Part shown: one piece after another, positions 22,354-34,023 of the stretch
Layout: every line of letters begins with the position of its first letter
Numbering within the stretch: position 1 is the first letter of the stretch
NCBI GenBank assembly: GCA_963823665.1
Contig: CAWGMQ010000010.1
Span: 1,952,001 to 2,016,000, forward strand
Reading direction: 5' to 3'
Source: an uncultured Planctomycetota bacterium
GTDB taxonomy: Bacteria; Planctomycetota; Planctomycetia; Isosphaerales; Isosphaeraceae
Length of the DNA: 64,000 nucleotides
The notes under the pieces: generated by a model
What the model was told of the DNA's origin: nothing
What the model saw: only the letters and a program-made list of their open reading frames with translations
Databases searched by the model: none
Made by a program: the position numbers and the translations under genes

Positions 22354-25300
22354 GACTCCGAAAAAAAGCGGATAATGCAGTGATGAATAAAAATATATTA
22401 GTCAACAGTCATGTCACTTCCGGAGCGTGCTCGGGCTCGCCAAACACAGCCACGCACGGCGGACCACGAGCTCGCCCCGGAAAGTGGTTTCATCGAGGCT
22501 CTTCTGTTCGCTCTGTCACAAACGCGAGGCTCCGACTCGCGCTTCTGCCCGCGACACTTGCGCGACGACCTCGGCAAGCACCATGCTCAGCTCACGCCGC
22601 GCAGCCGCCGGCAAACGAACGTCGTGTTTCACGATGTTTCGCAGCGAGAGCCGCACCCTGGACGCGACTACAAGCTTCTGCGCCACCCCTTTGGCGGCGC
22701 GGAGCTCGCGTTTGGCTTGCACCTGTTCGACCGCCAGCGCCGTCAAGACCGAGTCGTCCTGCGTGCTCGGCGCAGCCGGCGCCGCGACGAGGGACAAGCC
22801 GGTCGACTTGACCACAACCGTCGCAGCCGCTCGCGCCGGTGGATCCGTCACGGTCACATCGTTTGAAAAAGCCGACGTGTTGTTGGATGGACTCGTCGCC
22901 GTCGCACTCACGACTTCTCCCGCGGCAAGCAGCAGGCTTGACCGTGAAGCGTGATGCTCGCCACTCCACTGCCGTTGGCCGTCACCGTCTCGGTCCCCAG
23001 ATAAGTCTGCCCCTGGCCGGATCCCGACGGATCGGCGGCCGGGTTGGCGAAAAACTGGATTTCGTAGGTCGCGCTCGGCGATGCGGTGAGCGTCCCCTGC
23101 ACGGCGGTGCTCGAGCTGCTGCTCACCGCCGAGGTAAGCACCGGCGCAACCTGAAGATCGTTCCCGTTGCCGGAAAGCACGATTCCTTGATTGGCGTTGG
23201 CGAAGATCGAGTTGGTCAGGATCGGGTTGCTGACCGCACTGGCGGTAACCGAGACGCCGGTGCCGCCGTTGTAGGCGATGATGTTGCCGTCCTTCGCAAT
23301 CGAGCCGCCGACGCTGTTGCTGACCGCATTATCCTGGATGTGAACACCGTCAGAGCCATTGCCCAGCGGCAGTTTGCCGGTCGCGTCGGTGCCGATGTCA
23401 TTCCCCTCGACCAGGATGCCCTCGGAGCTGCGCTCGATGACCAGGCCATACTGGTTGTTCCCGGAGATCACGTTCGCGCGCCGCGGCCGTCGTGCCGCCG
23501 ACGATGTCTCCCAGAGTGCCCAGCTCGATTCCGTCCTGATTGTTCGACAGGGCAACCGTGCCGGTGCTGTCCGTGCCGATGTCATTGCCTTCGATCGTGT
23601 TGAAACCGACCGAGCCGGAATAGACGCCGTCCGAGATGCCGTCGCGGCCGTTGCCGGAGATCACGTTGCCGTCGCCCGCGGCCGTCCCGCCCACGGTGTT
23701 GTCCGCCCCGCCCAGGACGACGCCGTCGAATTGATTGCCGATCGCCTTGAAGCCACGCGGATCGGTGCCGATGTAGTTGCCTTGGATCGCCACGCCCATG
23801 GCCGAGTTCTGGAGGTAGACGCCGGCCTGGTTGCCCGAGATGACGTTGGCGTCGGCGGCTTTGGGGCCGCCGATAAGTGTGCCGGAACCGTAGTCAACCT
23901 CGACGCCGTTGTTGCTGTTGCCCAGCGCGACGATACCGGTGGCATCGACGCCGATGAAGTTCCCCTGGATGACGGTGGAGAGCGATCCCGGTCCGTTGTC
24001 GGAAGAGGAGACCTGGACGCCGTCGTTGCCGTTGCCCGAGATCAGGTTGCCTGCGCCGGAAGCGCTGCCGCCGATCGTGTTCTGGGGTGCGTCGTCGAGG
24101 ACCACACCACCGCCATTGTTGCCGAGGCGGTTGCTGCCGGTGATGTCGGTGCCGATGTAGTTGCCGTCGACGAGGTTGCCCGAAGCCCCGTCGTCGAGCA
24201 GTACGCCCTGGTTGTTGTTGCCGGAGATCACGTTCCGCAGCGCAGGCTTGGCGCCGCCGATCACGTTGCCGGAGGTCTGGACCTCGATGCCGGTCTGATT
24301 GTTGTAGCCCTGCGCGGTTCCCGTCGGGTTGGTGCCCAGGAAGTTGCCGGTGATCGGTGTTGGCGCCCGGCGCCGGAGATCAGGATGCCGTCGTTGAAGT
24401 GCGTGATCGAAAGGCCCTCGACGGTGCTGCCGCCGCCGGTGAGGACCAGCCCGTCGGCTCCGCTTGCACTCGACCCGTCAATCTGGATCTCGATGACGGC
24501 GTTGTCGCCGGTCGAGAGGGAGTTGGTGTGTGCGCCGGGCTGGCTGTAGCCGTTGATGATCGTCGCATGCGCGACGGCCGGAAGCGGCGAGGCCGGGACG
24601 ATATCGAACGGCCCGGTGCCGGGAATCTTGAAGAGGATGGTGTCCGGGCCCCGCGCTGTTGGAAGCGGCGGCCAACTGCGAGCGCCGGCTCGCAGCGATC
24701 CGGGCCCGCTGTCGTTGGTGTTGGTGACATAGAGTGTCGTGGGATTGACCGAGATCGACACCGTGGCGACGTTCGAGGTCACGCTTCCTTGCACGTCCTC
24801 GTACGTGAACGAATCGGGTCCGAGGTAGTTCGCCGTCGGGTACATACGTGAATGACCCGTCCGATTTCAAGGTCAGTGTACCGTGTGCCGGCGATGACTC
24901 GACCACCGACGTGAACGGCTGGCCGTTGGCCGCGATGTCATTGGCCTGGACGCCCGGCGCCGCGACGGTGAGCGTCGTGTTCTCGTCGGTGTTGTAGCTG
25001 TCATTCACTGCTTCCAGTGGCGAGGTCAAAGCGATGACCGTGACATCCTGTGCAAATTCCGAGGTGTCGCCGGTGGAATCCGTCGCCGTGGCCGAGATCG
25101 CGTCGCCTGCGTTGATCACGGTGCTCGACGCTCGACGAGAAGCTCGCGTTTCCGCTGCGCGTCTGTCGTCACCGATATCGTCCCGATCAGCGTTTTTCCT
25201 GGGCCGTATCCGGTCGGGTCGGCCGTCGGGTTGTCGAACAACTGAATCGTGTATGTCGAGTTGGCCGCGCTGTTGAGCGTGCCGGTGATGACAGTCGAGC

Positions 25301-25430
25301 CCCCGAAAGTCAGAGCGTGAGCGAGCACCGGGAAGTTCTGGTAATTGTTCGGTCCCGAGATCGGCCCGCCGGGATGATTGAGCGTCACGCCGTTGTTGCC
25401 GAGGTCGATGCCGATCCCGCCGTTGGAGAA
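17460..25430. repeat. Long direct repeat of about 2.7 kb: ~17460-20160 versus ~22730-25430
   Basis: Colinear high nucleotide identity at an offset of about 5270 bp; for example, lines 18721-18900 match 23990-24170 almost base for base. Confidence 0.9.
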
Positions 25431-26676
25431 GATCGAGTTGCTGAGGATGGTCACGCCCGTCGAGCCGTTCTCGACGATGACGCCGGGCTGGCCCGACAGA
25501 TCCGTTGAACGCGATCACGTTGCTCTGCCCGGCGCCGGTGCCGCCGATCTCGACTCCGCTGCTGTTGGCATCAATGCCCGGTCCGCGATTGCCCAGCGCC
25601 AGCGTGCCGGTCACGTCGGTGCCGATGTCGTTTCCTTGAATGACGATGCCCGTGTCCTGCGGATGCACGCCTCCGGCGCCGTTGTCCGAGATGACGTTAT
25701 TGAGAATCAACGTTCCGGACGAGTCGGTCTCGATCCCCCAGCCGCTATTACCCATCGCGACCGTGCCCGTGGCATCGGTCCCGATAAAGTTTCCCTCGAT
25801 GACGTTGTCCGGCGACGCATCGTCAAAGATCTCGATGCCCTGTCCGTTGTTGTTGGCGATCACATTGCCGGCGCCGGCGGCCGTGCCGCCGATCGTGTTG
25901 TCCGACGCGTTGGCGAAGATGTCGATGCCGTTGGCGTTGTTGCCCAGGCTCTGCGTGCCGGTGACATCCGTGCCGATGTAATTGCCCTCGACCAGAACGC
26001 CCGTGTTCGTGCCGAAAATGAAGTGAATGCCCTTGGCGCCATTGGCCGAGATGATGTTCCGCGTCTGGGCCGTCGTTCCGCCGATCGTGTCGTTCGACGT
26101 CGTGCCCAGCGTGATCCCGTCGCCGTTGTTCCCCTCGGCCTGCGTGCCCGTGCTGTCGGTCCCGATGTAGTTGCCGTCGATCAGGTCGTCATTCCCCTGG
26201 TCGATCTGGATGCCGTTGCCGTTGAACTGGTCGATGATCAGGCCCTGGATCGTCACGTTGCCGACCTCGAGCTGGAGGCCATTGCTGCCGCCGCCGGCTT
26301 GGCTGCCGTTCAGCTCGACGAGCGGTTGGCCCGAGTAGCCCGGCTGGCTCGTGCCGTCGATGGTCACCGAGTTCGTGATCTCCGGCAGTGCCGACGTGGG
26401 CTGAATGACGTAGGGCGCAGTTCCCGGCAGATCGAAGTCGATCACGTCCGGCGTCGTGTCATTGTCGACCTGCTGGATGATCGAGCGCAACGTCCCCGAA
26501 CCGCCGTCGTCGCTCGGGTCGGTGACCGTGTAGACCGAGAGCAGACATCGCTCCTCGAGCATCGTGAAGCCGGTCGCAGCAAACCGTCGCCGCCGCCGAA
26601 GGAGACCACGTCTGGTCCTGCTGCTGCCGTTCCACTCTGCCCGCGGCGCACAATCCCCACGAGGTGTCATCGACAT
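22516..26676 (-). CDS. Large secreted parallel beta-helix repeat protein with Ig-like domain, paralog B (multiple apparent frameshifts)
   Basis: ORFs 24478, 25116, 24261, 23398, 22908 and 22516; LEERCLLS motif; same repeat types as paralog A. Confidence 0.85.
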
Positions 26677-27105
26677 GGTGCCAATCTCCCAAGATAGTAA
26701 TAATAAAAGCGTGATGTAACCACACTCAAATGCGTACTTGCATTGAGTGTTCGCAGCTTCCTCGGGCCGAGGGGTTTGCTGCGCGATGCATTCTCGATCG
26801 CCTGGGTCAGTGTTCCCCGCCGGTCAATCTCGGGGAGCGTGATAAAAAAGCAGAATGAAAGAGAATAGATTCTGAGCCGATCGAGTGCCCGGTGCGTTTC
26901 TCGACGTTTTCCTGGAAAAACACCGCGTAGCCGTGCTGTCATGCGGCACGTTCGCCGTGCTTCTGTGTTGATAGGCGCCGAACCGGTGAGAAATGGCGCG
27001 AACGGATTTCTCGCTCAACACCATCTGAGAGCGGGGAGAGCTTCGGCACCGTTCTGCCGCGGGAACACACACCTCCCGTCGTCGCGAGGCCGGAAACGAA
27101 TGCCG

Positions 27106-27492
27106 TTACGTCTCTTCCCCGCAAGCCCGCCGCGCATCCCGCTCGAAATGATTGTCCAGATAGTAATCCCCACCGCGCCACCAAGCCATCACGCTCGCGA
27201 GCAAATACGCTGGAATAAAAAGGACCCCCCAGCGTTCGACCTGCCGCACGTGCGCTTGCTCGTGATCGCGGCATTCCTCGAGGCAGCAAGGGTCCTGGCC
27301 GATGATCACGTGTCCCAGCGTCATTGCCGAGAAACGGCAGAGCTTGCCTAACCAACGCGCGAATCCGCCATGGAATTCAACCGCCCCGCGGCGAACCTGC
27401 ACCCGGCCGCCCGTGCATAAGGTCAGCACTCCGGCGAGCACCCCGACGAACGTGGTGGGAGCGGCCCAGATATAACGAAGGAACGTCAGCAC
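27106..27492 (-). CDS. Small HExxH-containing hypothetical (zincin-like) protein
   Basis: AGGAG then GTG at 27492; YIWAAPTT...AMTLGHVIIG...HEQAHVRQVERWG...DNHFERDA. Confidence 0.75.
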   Translation of the reverse strand: MLTFLRYIWAAPTTFVGVLAGVLTLCTGGRVQVRRGAVEFHGGFARWLGKLCRFSAMTLGHVIIGQDPCCLEECRDHEQAHVRQVERWGVLFIPAYLLASVMAWWRGGDYYLDNHFERDARRACGEET

Positions 27493-27676
27493 AAGCGAGG
27501 CTCCTGGCGCGGTAACGAACAAAACGGGCATGCACAACCGGAAACTCGCTTGCAACGGTGGATGACTGCCCTCTGGCTTTGTCGCGACCGCTCGGGTATC
27601 TAAAAGCAATTCTATTCTAGCGAGGCTGGATACTTCCTCTATTGGCGGCGACGTTGTCGCGCCGGAGACCGAGCGC

Positions 27677-29140
27677 ATGAATCCGCGTCGATTGTTCGTG
27701 GCCAGTTGCATTGCCCTCGTCGCCTCGGCGTTTTCGTTTGTGACCCGTGGCGACATCCTTCCGGCGCTGGGTTCTACTTTCGCGCTTAACCAGGAGAGCC
27801 GCGGCGCCATCTCGGGGGCGGCATTCCTGGGAATGGCCATCTCGATGCTCATCGGCGCACCGATTTGTGACGCCCTTGGGCTCAAGCGGATGCTGGGGCT
27901 CGCGTTCCTTTGCCACATCGGCGGCAGTATCTTGACCGTTGGGTCACCTTACTTCGTCCCGAGCGGGGGCTCTTCGATCGCGTTCTACGTGCTGTGGGCA
28001 GCGATGTTTCTGGTTGGTTGCGCGAACGGCTTCGTCGAGATCGGCATCAATCCGCTCACGACGACAATCTACTCCACGGAAAAGACGCATATGCTCAACG
28101 TCCTCCATGCATGGTGGCCGGGAGGACTGTTCCTGGGCGGGTTCCTGGCATCGATCCTGATTAACAAGATCATGGGATTGCCCGCGGACGGGATCGCCTT
28201 GGTCGGCGACAAGACGGACGCAGTCGACGCCGGCAAAACCCTGTTCGGCTGGCAGCTCAAGGCGGGCTTGGTGTTCATTCCCACGCTGATCTACGGCGCG
28301 ATGTTCATCTTCGAGAAGTTTCCAGCCACAGAGCGGGTGCAGGCTGGCATCTCGTCGCGGTCGATGTACATGGAGATCTTCCGTCCCATGTTCATCCTCT
28401 GGGCGATCTGCATGCTCATGACGGCCTCCGTGGAGCTCGGGCCGCAGCAGTGGCAGAACTCGGTGCTCACAAAGACCTCCGGTGTCAGCGGAACATTCAT
28501 CCTCATGTATACGAGCGCGATCATGTTCACGCTCCGGCATTTCGCGGGTCCGATCGCGCACAAGCTCTCGCCCGTGGGAATGCTCACCGTCTCGGCTGCA
28601 TTGACGGCGGTTGGACTGTACTTGCTCAGCTTCGCCGACAGTACCGTGACGGCCTTCGCCTATGCCACGATCTATGGTCTCGGCATCGTTTATTTCTGGC
28701 CAACAATGCTGGGCGTGACCGCGGAGCGGTTCCCGAAGGGCGGAGCATTCTTGCTGGGACTCATGGGCTGTGTGGGCAACCTGGCGGTCGCCCTCATCCT
28801 GCCGGTGATGGGCGGATTTTACGACAAGGGCACGCTCGAATCACTTCCCAACGATCTGCGCGGCCAGGTACTCGCCACGTCAGCGCAGGTGCCGCCGCCG
28901 CCGCTGAGACACTCGACGCGTCGAAACTCGAGAAACTCGAGAAGGCGCATCCGCAGGAGGTGAAGGTCGCCGTGATCGAAGGGGCGCGATGAAGCGTTCC
29001 GGAAAGTGTCCGTGCTCGCGGTGATTCTCATTGTGATCTTCGCCGCGATCGCGACCTCCGATCGGTTGCGCGGCGGCTATCAGCCCGAAAAACTTCCCGA
29101 GAAGGAATTCACAGCCTCTGAGCTCGCGTCGGATTTCTAG
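27677..29140 (+). CDS. MFS transporter (apparent frameshifts near 28900-28990)
   Basis: About 12 hydrophobic segments, LHAWWPGG and FWPTMLGVTAERFPKGG; last TM helix in another frame ending at TAG 29138-29140. Confidence 0.85.
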
Positions 29141-29198
29141 CTGTTGTCACAATCTCCGGACAGACACGAACGGCCTTGTCCCAGCACGACCCAGTCCC

Positions 29199-30693
29199 TT
29201 GATCGACTCAGGTGAGCCCAATCCCCACGCCGTCAATTCCTTGCCGCCGATTGTCGCGCGCGCTCGGAGCGAGCCTCCGCCCCCGCCGATGCCCTGGTAC
29301 CGCGGTATTGCGCCGGCCTACCTGACCCTGTTCATCTGGGCCCCGTTCTTCGATCAACTCTGGGCCGCCGATGTGCACCGCGCCGGGCCGCTCTTGCTCT
29401 CTGGCACGCGCGATTCTCGGAGCGATTCTTTGTTTCGGAATGTACTTCCTGGCCGCATCGTGGGGGTGGCTTGCCCGTCGCCCGCTCGTGGTGGTCGCTT
29501 CCTCGACCTTCGGGGCAGCCGGATCCGAATGGATCTGTGGGCTCGCCGTTGCCTTCGCCGGTCTGGTCTGGTACGCCCTCGCGATCAACTTCGCCGTCGA
29601 TTCCACGCTCTTGGGCTTGCGGGCCTGTACCCTGCTCGCGCCATCCGGCGTCGCCCATTGGACGGTCGGACCGCTCGATATCAAGAGCCCGGTCTTCCTC
29701 GCCACGGCCGTATTCTGGATCTACATCACCCGCCAAGCCATCCGGATGCGGCTTCCCGGCGTCGTGGTTGGCTTGATGAAAGTGTATTCACCCATTGCCG
29801 TGATATTACTCATCGCCACTACGGCGTGGCGCTTGCCCACTCTCTGGGCGGGCGATGGCGGCCCGGGAACCGCTGCCCTGCTCATCTCGCCGCCGGTCCA
29901 AACGCAACCGGAGTTCGGTGCCCTCTCGATCATGCTCGGCTTCTTCGCGATGAGCGCGCTCCTGAGCGTCGACTGGGGCGCGGCTGTAAAGAACCGAGCC
30001 GACATCTTGCGGGCGGGCCTTCCGTGTGTTCTCGTTACCGCCGCGTCAAGCTCGATCATGTCGCTCCTGGTCGTCCTGCAAACGGTGAGGTCGTTGTCGG
30101 CGCGCGGCACATCCCTTTCGACGAGCCCGCTCGACCCGATGCCGTTTTCCTTTCGCTGGGCCCTGTTCGAGGGCCGGGAGACTTTCCCGCCCGGCGCGGC
30201 CGCGGCCATCCTCATCCTGTTCGGCCTCGCCGCGCTCGCGGCTGCTGTTTCCTCGTTGAACAAGCTCAGCGAAGGGGTTTCAACTCACTGGCCGGTTTGG
30301 ACCCCGCGCCTGGCCACAATCCCCGCCGGTGTGGCCGCCCTGTGCTTGATGGCGACCGGCCTGGTTGACCGCCTCGGTCCGATCTTCATCGCCATGGGAT
30401 CGCTCTTCGCTCCCGCACTCGGAGCGCTTGCCGGCGACCTGGCGGCAAAGACCAAGCACGGATTTGCACTCCGCACCGGATTCAATCCCGCCGGCGTTCT
30501 CGCCTGGGCCGCCGGATGCGCGGTAGCCTTCGGCATGAGCGCCGTTGCCTGGCGTCAAAGCGATCACTCGTTCTGGCTCGAGCAAGGGTCGCTCTGCGGG
30601 TTCCTTGTCGCGGCGATCGTCTACCGGCTGCTTGCCGCAATGGCCTTCGAGCGTCCCGCAGTCTCGGAAGGCGCGAACGAGATCGTCCGCTAG
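29199..30693 (+). CDS. Purine-cytosine permease-like (NCS1) membrane protein (apparent frameshift near 29405)
   Basis: PWYRGIAPAY N-terminus in ORF 29199; SSTFGAAGSEW, multi-TM body and GFNPAGVLAWAAG in ORF 29371. Confidence 0.65.
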
Positions 30694-30742
30694 ATCACGA
30701 TCGCAATCGGACGCACCGGCGCGTGAGAATGCCCGCTCGCGC

Positions 30743-32104
30743 TCAACCCGCGGATTCGACGCCCGGGATCCACGCGCCTGAGCTTCGGGCATGGCGGAGC
30801 ACCGGCTCTGGGCTCTTGAAACCCATGAGCGCCGCGCGGTCCCAGTTGATCAGCAGCCGTCGCGCGACGATGCGCGCCGACAGGTCCGATCCCAGCGGCG
30901 AGAAATGGCGGTCGCCCATCAAGTGCAGATTGAAGAGAGGATCGCGCATCGGTTCGCGCTTGCGTTCTGCTTCGTTCTGAAGCCGCAGCAGCGTGTCTGT
31001 AAACGCCGGCACCAGGTCCACGTAACTCGGCGCGCCGTAGTGCACAATTCGACTGAATTGACCCTGGAATCGGTCGCCACTCTTCGGCCCCAGAATCGCA
31101 AACTCGTCAGCGCAAGGCACAACCAGAAACTGCCAGGCCCGCGACCGGCAAAGATCCGCGATCCGAGTCAGCCAGTATTCGCCCTCCCGCCAGCTTGCTG
31201 GGTCGTCCAGGTCGGCGAAGTCGTTCTGGCTCACGCTGATGACGACGTACTGTGGCTGAAACCGGTCGCCAACCGCGCGGAGGGTTTGATCGTACTGCTC
31301 GAGGGAATAGCCGATGTGGCCCGTGTTGAGAACCGAGACCCGAGTCTCGAGCGCCCGCGCGAGATATGCTTCCAGCTTCGCCGGCGGGGCATCCTGATCG
31401 CCGATCAGGGCACCCTGCATCATCGAGTCGCCCAGCACCACCACACGCACCAGTGCGGTTTGATCAGGCTCGGGCCCACGACAACCCCATGAGTTGGTGG
31501 TTTGCAGCGATTCGGGCACGATCAAGCCACCGGCGACCTTGGCCCGGTCGCGGACTTCGGGAGTGTCGGGCACGAGGAACATTGCGAGACTTGTGGAGAG
31601 CGAGATCCCGATCACCCAGACTGAGCGGACGCCAGGCTTGAGCCGGTACGCCCGGTCGTCGTCCGGCTCGAAGACGGCCGACGAGAGCACGATCGAGCGA
31701 TTGACGTTTCCCCAGCGAATAACGGCCGAGCTTGCGTCCATTCCCGCGGCTTGCAGGAACTGTTCCATAGCCGACCCGGGCGTCGTCATCTTTGCAAGTG
31801 TCTGCCTTGCGCTGGCTGCATTTCGGAGCCGTTCCGCAAGCACTTGCTCACGGCTGGACACGGGATCATAAGGCACTCCGGCGATTCGATCGAGCAGCGC
31901 CCGCGCTCGCCGCTTCGAGGCCAGTGCAGCTTCGCGTCCCGAGGGCGTGCCGGCGATGAGCCCGATGAGCAAGAGCGCGGTGGTCGCGGCGATCACTCGC
32001 TTGAACGCTCGCTCGTTCCGCTCGGCTTTGAGCGCAAACGCCAGTTTTCCTTGAACGGCCGATTGCCTCCCTGAGGGGCCTCTCCACTTCAGGCGTCGTC
32101 GCAT
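30743..32104 (-). CDS. SGNH/GDSL hydrolase family protein with N-terminal membrane anchor
   Basis: TNSWGCRG, VLGDSM, LNTGHIGYS, QND and DRHFSPLG blocks. Confidence 0.85.
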   Translation of the reverse strand: MRRRLKWRGPSGRQSAVQGKLAFALKAERNERAFKRVIAATTALLLIGLIAGTPSGREAALASKRRARALLDRIAGVPYDPVSSREQVLAERLRNAASARQTLAKMTTPGSAMEQFLQAAGMDASSAVIRWGNVNRSIVLSSAVFEPDDDRAYRLKPGVRSVWVIGISLSTSLAMFLVPDTPEVRDRAKVAGGLIVPESLQTTNSWGCRGPEPDQTALVRVVVLGDSMMQGALIGDQDAPPAKLEAYLARALETRVSVLNTGHIGYSLEQYDQTLRAVGDRFQPQYVVISVSQNDFADLDDPASWREGEYWLTRIADLCRSRAWQFLVVPCADEFAILGPKSGDRFQGQFSRIVHYGAPSYVDLVPAFTDTLLRLQNEAERKREPMRDPLFNLHLMGDRHFSPLGSDLSARIVARRLLINWDRAALMGFKSPEPVLRHARSSGAWIPGVESAG

Positions 32105-32377
32105 ACGCGGCTCCGGAGTCGAAACGAGAACGGTCTTCGGACGATCGGTACAGAAGCGGGGGCAAGAGGCTGTCGCGATCGCGGGCGGGCCAGTGATGCT
32201 TGAGCCGGATCATCCGCTCTGGTGGGCCAATTCCATGTTATCCTGAATTGAGCTATACCGCCCCGCGAACAGATGCGAGATATTATGAAGGCCCTGGCGA
32301 CCAGGCGTCTGCGCGGAGTCGCCGGGTCAGAGCGCCACGCTCGAGCGGAGATCGACACGAAGGCCCGAGGGAACCTG

Positions 32378-33724
32378 ATGGCGGATCGCCCCACTTCCAC
32401 GAGCGCATTTCATGCGGTGCGCTCGCCCACCTTCGCGGCGCTCGCGCATCCTGATTTTCGCCGGTTCTACATCGGGCAGGGCATCAGCCTCGTGGGAAGC
32501 TGGCTCCAGGCCGCCGCGGTGCGCTGGCTCGTTTTCGAACAGACCCGCTCGGAGTTTATGCTCGGCATCGTCGAAATGGCATCGCTCCTGCCCGGCATCC
32601 TTGTGGGCTTGTACGCCGGCGCCCTGGCCGATCGCGTGCCGCCGCTGCGGATGGTCCTGCTCATGGAATGCGCCCAGATGGCGCTGGCCTTTGCCCTGAC
32701 TGCCTTGGTCGGTTTTCAGATCGTGCATATCTGGCAGATGGCGCTGATTCTGGCTCTCACGCGAATCTGCGTCACCTTTGAAATACCCAGCCGTCAGGTA
32801 CTGTTCTTCGAGCTGGTCGGCTCCGAAGTGCTGTCGAACGCGATCGCGCTCAACACTGGTCTCTTCAACGCCACGCGGGTGCTCGGCCCGGCGCTCGCCG
32901 GTGTTGGCCTCACGCTCTTCGGTGCAACCGGCTGTTTTGCGCTCAACGGCGTCAGCTTCATCGCCGCCATTGCCGCCGTGCTCTCGATCAAGCTCGTTCA
33001 TCAGCCGCGGCCCCATCATCGCGAATCGTTCAGCGTCGGCGTCGTCCTTGGCGGTCTGCGCTACCTGCGTCACGACCGAAGGCTGTTCGCCCAGTTCGCG
33101 CTCGTCGCCTTTTTCGGGGTGGTCGGCATGGGCTATGAAGCGATGATCCCCGCCTATGCCGCACGAGTGGTTTATACCGGCGTGCGCGGATACAGTTTGC
33201 TGCTCGCCTGCAGCGGAATCGGCGCCACACTGGGCGCGCTCGTCGTCGCTTCGCTCTCCGGAATGCGCCGCAAAGAGCGGCTCACGCTCGCCGGTATGGC
33301 CATCTTCGGAGTCGCCCTGGCCGCGGCGGCACTCCTGCCGGGCTGGCTCTCGTCGGACACGGGCCAGTTCCTGAGGCTCGCTTGCGGTGCGTTCTGCCTG
33401 CTTTCAGCCGGCTTCGGAGCCGTGCTTTTCTATTCGTCGTCGATGATGATCATCCAGACCCCGGTTCCGGATCAGTTGCGCGGGCGGATGATGGGAATCT
33501 GGATGATCGTCTATTCGGGCTCGGTGCCGCTGGGCGCGCTCTGGACCGGCATCGCCGCTCAGGCGTGGAGCGTCGCGCTCGTGATGGGACTTTCCGCAGC
33601 GGTCTGCGTGATCACGGCGGTGCTCGTGCTGCTCTCGGGCGTCCTCGCGGGGCCCATCCACGCCGCGGCAACCGCGGCGTCGCTCAAAGGGACTGACGCG
33701 ATTGATCGGAGCTCAGCAACCTGA
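32378..33724 (+). CDS. MFS transporter (MFS_3 / H+ antiporter-like)
   Basis: FAALAHPDFRRFYIGQGISLVGSWLQ, NAIALN, RVLGPALAG and VPDQLRGRMM; 12 TM helices. Confidence 0.9.
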   Translation: MADRPTSTSAFHAVRSPTFAALAHPDFRRFYIGQGISLVGSWLQAAAVRWLVFEQTRSEFMLGIVEMASLLPGILVGLYAGALADRVPPLRMVLLMECAQMALAFALTALVGFQIVHIWQMALILALTRICVTFEIPSRQVLFFELVGSEVLSNAIALNTGLFNATRVLGPALAGVGLTLFGATGCFALNGVSFIAAIAAVLSIKLVHQPRPHHRESFSVGVVLGGLRYLRHDRRLFAQFALVAFFGVVGMGYEAMIPAYAARVVYTGVRGYSLLLACSGIGATLGALVVASLSGMRRKERLTLAGMAIFGVALAAAALLPGWLSSDTGQFLRLACGAFCLLSAGFGAVLFYSSSMMIIQTPVPDQLRGRMMGIWMIVYSGSVPLGALWTGIAAQAWSVALVMGLSAAVCVITAVLVLLSGVLAGPIHAAATAASLKGTDAIDRSSAT

Positions 33725-33769
33725 TCGGTGGTGCAGCGGGCAGACCACCGCGGCCCCGAAGCTTCGCGC

Positions 33770-33915
33770 CCTGCGGCGAAGCGCGACGGCGAGGTCGTCA
33801 AGTTTCATGCGGAGTGGATTCGGCATGAGGAGGAGCTATTTCGGAAGTATCGCTTCGCGGCGTTCCTTTCCCTGGCTGCCGGTCGCCCCGGACCCGCCCG
33901 CGCGACCCGATCCGC
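33770..33915 (+). pseudogene. Remnant of a planctomycete small-protein family with PWLPVxPDPP C-terminus
   Basis: Two frames give ...FHAEWIRHEEELFRKYRFAAFL and PWLPVAPDPPARPDP; no N-terminal part is present. Confidence 0.45.
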
Positions 33916-34023
33916 TGTGCGATGATACTATCCCCACGATGCGGACGGGTCGTCAGGACGCCGCTCGCGCGCCAGTGCCTCGCGTGCGGCCTTGACTGGC
34001 ACTCGTGAACTATAATCCGGGCT

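Noticed and set aside
33992..34016. TTGACT...TATAAT promoter-like motif
   Set aside because: The spacer is only 13 bp, and it points antisense into the LRR gene end.
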